This document shows positions 55,976-64,000 of a stretch of 64,000 bases of DNA, one piece after another. Under the pieces are notes generated by a model. That model saw only the letters and a program-made list of their open reading frames with translations, was not told the DNA's origin and did no database searches. Position numbers and translations under genes: made by a program. The DNA comes from Takakia lepidozioides (lineage: Eukaryota; Plantae; Bryophyta): contig CM060731.1 in the NCBI GenBank assembly GCA_030704615.1, forward strand, positions 47,926,001 through 47,990,000, read 5' to 3'. Every line of letters starts with the position of its first letter. Within the stretch, counting starts at the first letter, position 1.

Positions 55976-58900
55976 GTCGCAGTGGACGTATAAGAAAGCT
56001 TTCTGGTTGGGCATCGACGGCCGCTGCCATATACACTGCAGTACCCCTTTGCGCACTCGAAAGCACCTGCAATACGACCTGGAAAAGTGGAAGCAAAGGA
56101 CGACAACACGCACGTTCTTGGCAGGACGGAAGCGCGTTGGCAGGAATAGACCAGAGGGAGGAAAAGATCGATGAAACAGTCTTCGCCCACGATTGGCGGC
56201 GGCTGCCATGCCCTAAATCCGAGCGGCTACGATAGCAGCGTGGCATCACGGTGAGATGGGCGGCACATCATCTGGGGTGCGTTTGGGTCTGCCGGATCAG
56301 GCTGCTTGGTGGCAGACCTTGCAGACTAAGCTTGGGCAGACCCCAACAAGGGCAGACCCACTAAGGACCCGATGGCGGGTGGACCCAGCGGCGAGGGCGG
56401 GCGGGCGGGCGGGGACCGCGTTCCGGGGGCGGCTGCGGGGCTACCGACCGCGCTGCGCGGCTGGCAGGTGGGGGTGGGCGGGGCAGGGAGGGCGACCCCG
56501 CGTCCGTGTGGGCGTGCGCGCCCTGTCCCACACGCGCGACATAAACTCCCAATTATTCAAAACTGAGAGGCGACCAAAATTGAGTACATGGACGACATGA
56601 TGTTGAGTTCGGACGAATAGTTGTGCTAACATTGACTAGAGGGTTTTTACATCCGGAGCAGTGTTTATATTTCTGGTGAGACGTCGCACTTTTTTTACCT
56701 CAAGAAATAAAATGGAATATTCTGTCATAATATCCTTGTATTCATGGATGAAATCGCCAAACTTCTCCAAATAAAATATAAATAATGGATGAATTCGTCA
56801 AATATGGATGATATACATGGATGAAAGTACAGAGGAGGATGATTCTATCCAAATTTCAGTGGCTATTTCTTGCAAATCTCAGTAGCCACTCTTGTTATTT
56901 TCCAAATTTCAAATAAAAAAAACTGGTCCGGAGGGGCAAAACTCTCCAGATATGTTATTAAACCTCCTCTTATACATTAAATACAGGTTAAATCGTATTT
57001 GTGCCAACGAATGCAGACCTGCCACATCTTCCCACGGTGCTCTAAAATCCATGCAGGAAATTGGCCAAGCCGTCATTTGTATAAGTAAGTACAACCAACT
57101 CAGCATAACAAGCGTCTATATATCTGACAACATAATTGAAGTTAGGACCGCCTACATTGCAATTGTCTTGCCAATATACTACCTACCACAACATAACCCA
57201 TTTAGATCTTTAAGTATTGAACAGTGAAACCTAGGTAAGAGGGGGTGGGGAGGATTTAACAGGGGCCCCACAGGAGGAGCCCAAGCTACCGGAATCTGAC
57301 GAAAGTCCAGTCAAATGGCACGAGTGCATTAAGTTCTTTATGTTATTCCTAGTGTCCTCCATAAAAAATCACTACATAGCCATATGACGGTTGAAATGAA
57401 GCAATGAAGCAGACACAAGTGCTTGCCCAAACCTTCCCAAATGCTTTGAAGTCGACATACGGTGTTCGGTGGATCCAACGACCCTCTTTTGTAGCTGGGT
57501 TAATGGCTATAATGGATAATATCCAACGTGCATCCTACAACTTACTTCGAGTAGAAAATCACCATGCAGACACATAGCATATGTTGTCACACTAAAGATC
57601 CCTATACAAACATATAAAGATGCCTTCATACCCTCCTCTTTGTTCCAAGGCCGTTGTACATGGTTAATTTTTCCATGCTCCTTTTGATTTGAAGTACAAA
57701 GCCTATGTCCCCTTTCAGCTCAAGAAGTTGTAACTGTTCCAATAAGGAATAAACTCTAACTCATTGGATCTTCAATATCTAATGGACAATAGTCTATCCC
57801 CGCGAAAATTTGCATTGAAATTGTATATTTGGACAGGGGACGGCCAATTTTTATGCTTGTACTCTATATTATATCAGTCTTGGTTTTTGTATATGAACAT
57901 ATATATGACAAGAAGATGTCAAGTTGTTATATATGGCTTGCTGGTATGATGAATGAATTCTGTGTAAGGGGCTTTGACTTCGAACCTCACTTTGCTAGAA
58001 CCTGATTCTAACTTTTGGATAAATATCACATTACACGTGGCGTAACATTTTTATAATACATTTCAATTAATCTACGTGTCATATACAGCCTATATGGCAT
58101 TTTGCAATTAGCTCATTGTAAAATATGTCGTAAACATAATTGTTTTTTGGTCACCTATGTGAGTAGGATAGTTCAAGTTCATATACATGTCGTGATAGTG
58201 TTGGACCTGCTAATAAGTTTGCTAGCATGGCTTTCGAACCATTAGCCATATCCGTCGATCGCGAGCATTCCAAAGGGGCGTGCTAGATTGTGAGCAGCTC
58301 ACGCGAGCAGAAAATACTGTGAGCAAGATTCTGCTCACGTTCCACGGAATTGGGTTCGTTGGCTGGGCCTATTACCATGGTCCGCCAACTCCTAGAAGCC
58401 CTATTACTGTAGGGTTCAACCGCCGAAAATGGGAGCTTAGTATTCCAAGAGTGTGACTAAGGCTTGGCAATAAGATTGGTGAGTGGATGAATGTGTTATG
58501 AAAGAGAGCTTGAGGAAAAGATTAGTCGATGAATGGAAAATGCCTGGGTCCATTGGCAGTTGACAATTAAATCCTTTGCCTCATCCAATATCCCCGCCCG
58601 GCCAAGAACCGGACACCATGACCACATCTGGCATTTTTATTTTAATTTTTAATTTTTTTGAAAAACTTGGATGGTCATTAAGTTGGCTTAATCTGGCACA
58701 TCCGTATTTTTATTTATTTATTTTTAATTGTTTTGGGTTGAATTCTCATTTGCCAACACAGGCTGGGAATTAAGCATGCCCAGCCTGTTTCTTGCAGAAA
58801 CATGGCTGTTCGCTAAGGCTATTTTATTTATTTATTTATTTAGAATTCTCATATGCCAACAAAGGCTGGAATTAAGCTTGCGCCAAATTAACATACACTT

Positions 58901-59739
58901 ATTTAAACTCAACAACACATTACAAGTTCGTTGAGCTTATTTATGCCACTTGATAGTCGCATTCTTCTAAATTTAAGCCTCATATCGCTTCGCTATGTCA
59001 CTCCAGTTTTATCCATCTCTTCTACATTGTCCCTGGTTGGGGTTTATTCTGTAATGTATACTTTCACGAATTAAGGTTACCGTTCAAGGTTTGTGGTTTT
59101 CGTTTATTCTTTGGGGTTTGGGGTTTGGGGTTTGGGTTTACGGTTTGCGTTAGGGCTTTAGAGTTGGGGTTGAGGGATTAGTGTTTGTGGTTAGGGTTTC
59201 CCCGGTTTGTCGTGTTTGCCGTGTTTCCACTATAATCAACCTTATTTCAGTCATCCATTGTTCATTCATCCGGCCATTTTTCATCTCATATTCATCCACC
59301 ATTCATCATTTCCCTGCTTTCATTCATCCATGCTTCATTTATCCGACAACCTTTCATCACACATTCATCCCACATTGCATGAATGGAGCACGACATCTTT
59401 GGTCCCCGGCCGCTTACGTGATTTTCCATTAAGAGGAGTTTGGGTCCACGACAACAAGCCCTGTATTTTCCTCGGTTGTAGGCTTCACTTCCCTTATCTG
59501 CTTGCGCTTAAGGGAATCTGTCACGCTTAGTGTGCAAAGCGTGAGCTGCTCACGCGCTAGCTTTTCTCCATTCCAAATGTTTTTGAGCGACAACAAGTGA
59601 TGTGACAGTCTGACTGTGAGTTTCACATACATCGTCTCTCTCCTTCTCTCTCCTACGCCATATCATTTTGTGCTTCGAGTCCAGTGTCCTAGACGTAGCA
59701 GCTTGCTTTCATGTACATACAAAGTTAGGATTTCTTTGC

Positions 59740-60727
59740 AATCATTCAGTAAGAAAGCTTGGGATCCAGGCACGTATGTTAAATTTCCAAGCGATGGACT
59801 TACCTCAGAGGGAGGAGAGAAGCCTTGGAGTTACAGGCTGCAAACAGAGTTAGAGAAAAATTGGGAAGATAAAATAAAAGGGCAAGGTCATACATATTTG
59901 AAAGGAGCTGCATCCAAAGAGCTCATGAAAGAGATAGAAGAGCTATGGAACAAAATTTATCAGAGTCCCAAGGTCCCTAATGATATCATGAGTGTTGGTT
60001 TTTTACATTTGTTTACACTACATAAGCACGGGGAGAAAATTGATTGGGTTAACTTTGCTACAGAGTCGAGCTATTACCCAGCTGCAATAACATCTGGTGT
60101 AAAGTAGGAGCCCAATAGAGGTCTGATACACCAAACAGGTGTTATTGCTCTTATGCGAACAACACGTATGGAGCATTTGCTCCCACCTAGTTATGATGCA
60201 TTGCAGTTGCCAACTGTTGAAGCATCGCCTAAAAACAAGAGTTCAAAACCAAGGTTGGTGAAACTTGAGAACACTCCCTCAAGTGGAGTCCTTGGGATAC
60301 ACAGAAAACGCAAGCTTGAGCAAGACATGGTGGTCAAATATGGAGAGATAAAAAAAAAAAAAACTTTGGAACACTGGAGGGAGATTGGAGGAGCTGAAGA
60401 AAGAATAAAGTAGGTTTGCGAAGGTGTTGGCCGCCAAACAGCGAGGTCGCTAAAGACATGAAAAAAAACTATGAACAATTAGAGAGACACAAAGAAATTG
60501 AACAGGGAGTGTGTAGTACCATCGAGCTTATAGAGCATCGCCCTCAGGACCTTAAAGATGTAGGGTATTCAACTGAAGAATTGTCAACCTCATTGTCAAG
60601 TTCTAACCGTGTCATGGATTATTTGCGCAGCAAGCTTGTGGATATGAGGGTGTCATTTAGAAAAATCCATAAAGAAATAAGTGACTTGTTGGTGTTTAAG
60701 AAAGTAAATGGCCGAGCTGTTGATATA
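59740..60727 (+). pseudogene. Degenerate TE-associated coding remnant, interrupted by a solo LTR
   Basis: Successive ORF pieces (59616-60107, 60153-60413, 60416-60727) that appear to resume after 61450; family not recognised. Confidence 0.35.
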
Positions 60728-61445
60728 TGTCGCGCACCTCACTTGTGTAAATTCCCCTCTAAGTCATAGTTACTCGCTTTGACGCGCGCGCCTAACTCCC
60801 AAACTGGCCGCCGGACCAACTTGGAGCTTCCTGCTCACCGGAGCATAACGGTCCCCCTCGCTCCCCCATAGGACCCTCGAACTATCGGGCTCAGTGGAAA
60901 TTCCTTGGTTGTTAGCTATCTGGAATAGCTCCCCACACCTTGGTCGCTTTCCAGCTCGTTTGGTTACTCACTAGCTTTTGGTCACATAACAAGCTTGCAC
61001 TGTTCTCGGGGTTACTACTCCATATATATACTTCTGTAGGTGTCGGCGGGGGTCTCACAAACAACCAAGTCCTTTTATGGTGAACCACCACCAAGACCCT
61101 CGATTCCCTATGATGAGTCGCGATGAGTCTTGGCCCACCCACCACGGCCCCAATGGACCATGGTGAGCCCCAAGACTCCTCACGACTCCCACCACAAGGC
61201 CTCAGCCCCATGGTGAGTCTTATGTCACCCCCACTACGACTCCCTAAGCTAACATCACCCCATGTGGAGCCCCCACCGCAAACCGGTTTGCGAAGCTCCC
61301 CTAGTGAGTGCCTCCGCTCCCTTGAGCGCCTTTGGGCCTCAAGGGTGTTTCAGCCTCCCATTTCCTATTGCTGCCACTGCCCCTACCGCAGGGGTAGCCC
61401 TTCTTGTATCCCGACTCCCCGCCCTCAGGGCAAAGGGCCGCGACA
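60728..61445 (-). mobile_element. Solo LTR (718 bp), same family as 48683-49410, inverted
   Basis: TGTCG...CGACA termini; flanks ATATA/ATATG; collinear reverse-complement similarity along its length. Confidence 0.88.
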
Positions 61446-61490
61446 ATATGTATACCCTGATCAATTTCTCGAAGGCAGAAATGAACTCAA

Positions 61491-62301
61491 CACTACAACA
61501 AATCGTGGCTTTTATGACTGCGTATTTATGGTAGTCATAGACAAATCTGACTGAAAACACGGCACAGAGTCACAAAAGCCACGATCTGCGAATTTCTCAC
61601 TACATTAACTCATATATATGATTATATGACTCCGCAATTTATGGAAATGCGGTCAAACATGGTTGACTGTATGAAGTTAGTTGATTGTTATTACTACAAT
61701 GATTACATAATATTGTAACAAGACATATAGACCACTGCGATGTCATAAATTGCTCATTTGAATTGTATAATATATTATTATATTACAATTAAAACACCAT
61801 TAGAAGTCATCAAGCAACGTTGGGCGCATTGGTTAGCACGTAATGAACTATAAGCCTTGTAGTCAAGATATCTCGGGTTTAAACTTCTCCAAGTACAATC
61901 AAATGGATATAAGGGTTCTAGGGTAAGTAGGCAAGCGAGGGGTAGAATGTAGCAGCCCTACATGGCTGCCATGTGCAGCTAATTATTATTTTTAATTATT
62001 AAAATACACCATGTCACGTGGCGCGGCTCGCGGGACGACATCTAACATGATTTTTTAATTTTTTTAAATGTTTAATTTATATTATTTAAAAAAAATGTTT
62101 TTGGCGAAATTGCACCTCACTACGTGGTGCGGCACGGATATACGTATCATACGTACGTGTCATGTAAGCAAATACATACCTGATTGACTTATGTTACTAG
62201 TGCAACGGTTATGACTAATGTCCGAGATGACACGACTTTTACGTCAGCACAAACTTGCAATCATAAAAGCCAATAATAAAAGTCGCGATCTCTTTGCAAA
62301 G
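61491..62301. mobile_element. Probable non-autonomous CACTA remnant
   Basis: CACTACAACAAATCGTGGCTTTTATGACT resembles the 7603 TIR and is followed by ATGACT/GTCAT motifs. The right end is only a weak match near 62275-62301. Confidence 0.5.
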
Positions 62302-63129
62302 TTATTGAGGATGCTTTGGAAGAAGCCAAATCAGATATTGCAGGTCTTAAACTATATGTCGTTTATGTGGAGCGATACCTTGAACGATTGGAACAAGGGC
62401 AGGCTATGATGGGTAGATCTAAATATATCGCACACCCTAAGGCCGAATCATTGGATGACAAAGGATAATGAAAATTTTTCCTTGTCATGTTTGTAAGAGA
62501 GATTTTGACAGGGAGACTTGGGATGTATTAGTTGCATCTTACATCCACACCTATCATCCATTTTGTCTGTATGATCACTTGGAGAATAGTGATAACTATC
62601 TTCAATATGGGAAAGAAGTTCTTTGCAATATGGAAGACGTTACAAGACCTTGACATTCTGCCACAGATGATGTATGCAAGCAGCCTAACATATTGTCATC
62701 AAGAATACATGTAAGAGGTATATATTTTCTCCAAGCATTTACATGTCTACCCTTGGCAATATATTTTTTATTATTATTTTTAAAATACGTGCGCCCGCCA
62801 ATATTGGCGGTTGTATTTTTATTTTTATTTTTATTTTTGGTTTTCTCTAAACATGTACGACTGTCGATATTGGCAGTCGCACGCATTTATATATATATAT
62901 ATGTTTTTTAAAAAATATTTTAATACGTGCAATCGCCAATTTTGGCGATATCATATATGTTTTATTTTAGTTATTAAAATACCGTAAAATTTTATCCACA
63001 TGGTCAATCCACCTCAGCCGTCACCTTAACATCCAAAGATAAATAATCAATAATAAAGATGAAAAATAAAAATTAATTACACAACGGTACGTCATGTCCA
63101 GTTTCACAACCCTACTCCGACAAAGATAC

Positions 63130-63722
63130 CCAAGCACTACCCACTCATATCAAGGATTTTAAAGATGTTTAAAAAAATAAAAAATGTAAACATGTTACTG
63201 GAACATTGTCCTTATGATTGTGCCGTTGAATTACAAGGAAAAAACCCAATCACTCTTAGATATAGTTGGTCCCAGTTGTCAATTTTAACATGACGTCACG
63301 TCATAACATCAGTACTTGTGGACTACCCTCATCTCCGCTGTTGGAAAACAATGAAGAGGCTACAATTGCATTTGAGATTCAAAATCTTTCACGTGCTGCA
63401 GGATTTCCTCAATTTTCGACTGCCTCGGGTCAAAGATTTGTTTTTCCTCTGTGCCGACATATAAAACTGATGTAACGTAAGTCGTCTTAGATACTGACTA
63501 GATTTCCAAGTGTTTTACCAGCGATCTCCAAATAACTAACAACTTGTTCTGTTTTGGCAGTATAATGCCGAACTGCCTACCTAAGGATAAAAAACTGATC
63601 GAAAAATAAAAATGTACCTATATATGCATCTACAAGGACTTTGGATGATATTGTATCTGATTGAGGACCACAATTCATATCAAACTTTTGAAGGGAATCA
63701 TTTCATATATATTGGATACGAA
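63130..63722 (+). pseudogene. Highly decayed Ty3/gypsy pol remnants
   Basis: DFKDV...EHCPYDCAVELQ (RT N-terminus) at about 63150-63240 and DDIVSD*GPQFISNF* (integrase) at about 63644-63690. Confidence 0.7.
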
Positions 63723-64000
63723 TGTTAAATCATTTTAATATAGTATGGAATTAACTAGAATATATTCAATTATTTATATTTTAACACTTGAAATTAGTTC
63801 AAGTGTTAAGTCAGGTGTCAAGATAAACTTCACACATCAAATGTTTTATCCTCATGCTCGTGGTCGGTGGCTCATCTTTCTCGAATTAAGCCTGTACGAC
63901 CGAGTTCTCTTTTCATTGCGTGTGGGTATACTTATGTAGGGAATAGTGTTTATGTAAGGTAGATAGGTTGTTTGTGGGGATGGAATCCCCATAACTTGGG
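63723..64000 (+). repeat. Diverged third copy of repeat A, running off the window
   Basis: TAACTAGAATA, TTAACACTTG..TTAGTTCAAGTGTTAAGTCAGGTGTCAAG, GGCTCATCTTTCTCGA, GATAGGTTGT, TCCCCATAACTTGGG, all collinear with A1. Confidence 0.85.

Larger units (their letters stand above)
43396..56571. mobile_element. Mutator-like element (MULE), 13176 bp, long GC-rich TIRs
   Basis: Ends GCCTCTCA.TTTTGAATAATTGGGAGTTTATGTCGCGCGTGTGGGACAGG and its reverse complement. TIRs about 365 bp (43396-43760, 56205-56571). Perfect 9-bp TSD GACCAAAAT at 43387-43395 and 56572-56580. Confidence 0.96.

Noticed and set aside
62468-62653. RING-finger gene (CHVC...HTYHPFCL)
   Set aside because: Several ligands are lost and the flanks contain stops; too decayed to call beyond a remnant.

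Overview
Eukaryotic, intron-rich, TE-dense DNA, most likely from a non-seed land plant (inferred from PLS-type PPR fragments, pTAC3 and a Pol IV/V-type second subunit). There are two apparently intact host genes, converging tail to tail: pTAC3/PAP1 (27835-35523, +, 14 exons) and NRPD2/NRPE2 (37291-42695, -, 7 exons). The rest is nested mobile DNA. The main result is a decayed Ty3/gypsy-type retroelement (3880-22840). Its polyprotein reads gag - protease - C5 cytosine DNA methyltransferase - RT - RNase H - integrase - PHD finger. Its termini are not ordinary LTRs but a split/permuted A...B-A-B arrangement, with a palindromic GACA-GC-TGTC junction, a 4-bp GGGC target duplication inside a PPR pseudogene, and a self-complementary (Tf1-like) primer site. 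The MTase C-half/RT/RNase H block missing from this element lies about 1.4 kb downstream (about 24228-26692). A 9.9-kb CACTA element (7603-17542, GTT TSD) carrying a NIF/HAD phosphatase-like domain splits gag. A 13.2-kb Mutator-like element (43396-56571, 9-bp TSD) carries a SWIM transposase, a Ulp1-like protease, orphan ORFs and dense AGACC/GGTCT motif arrays. Also present are two related solo LTRs, a Harbinger remnant, PLD/RPL15/RPL6 gene fragments and older gypsy remnants. All calls come from reading the sequence by eye; no searches were run.
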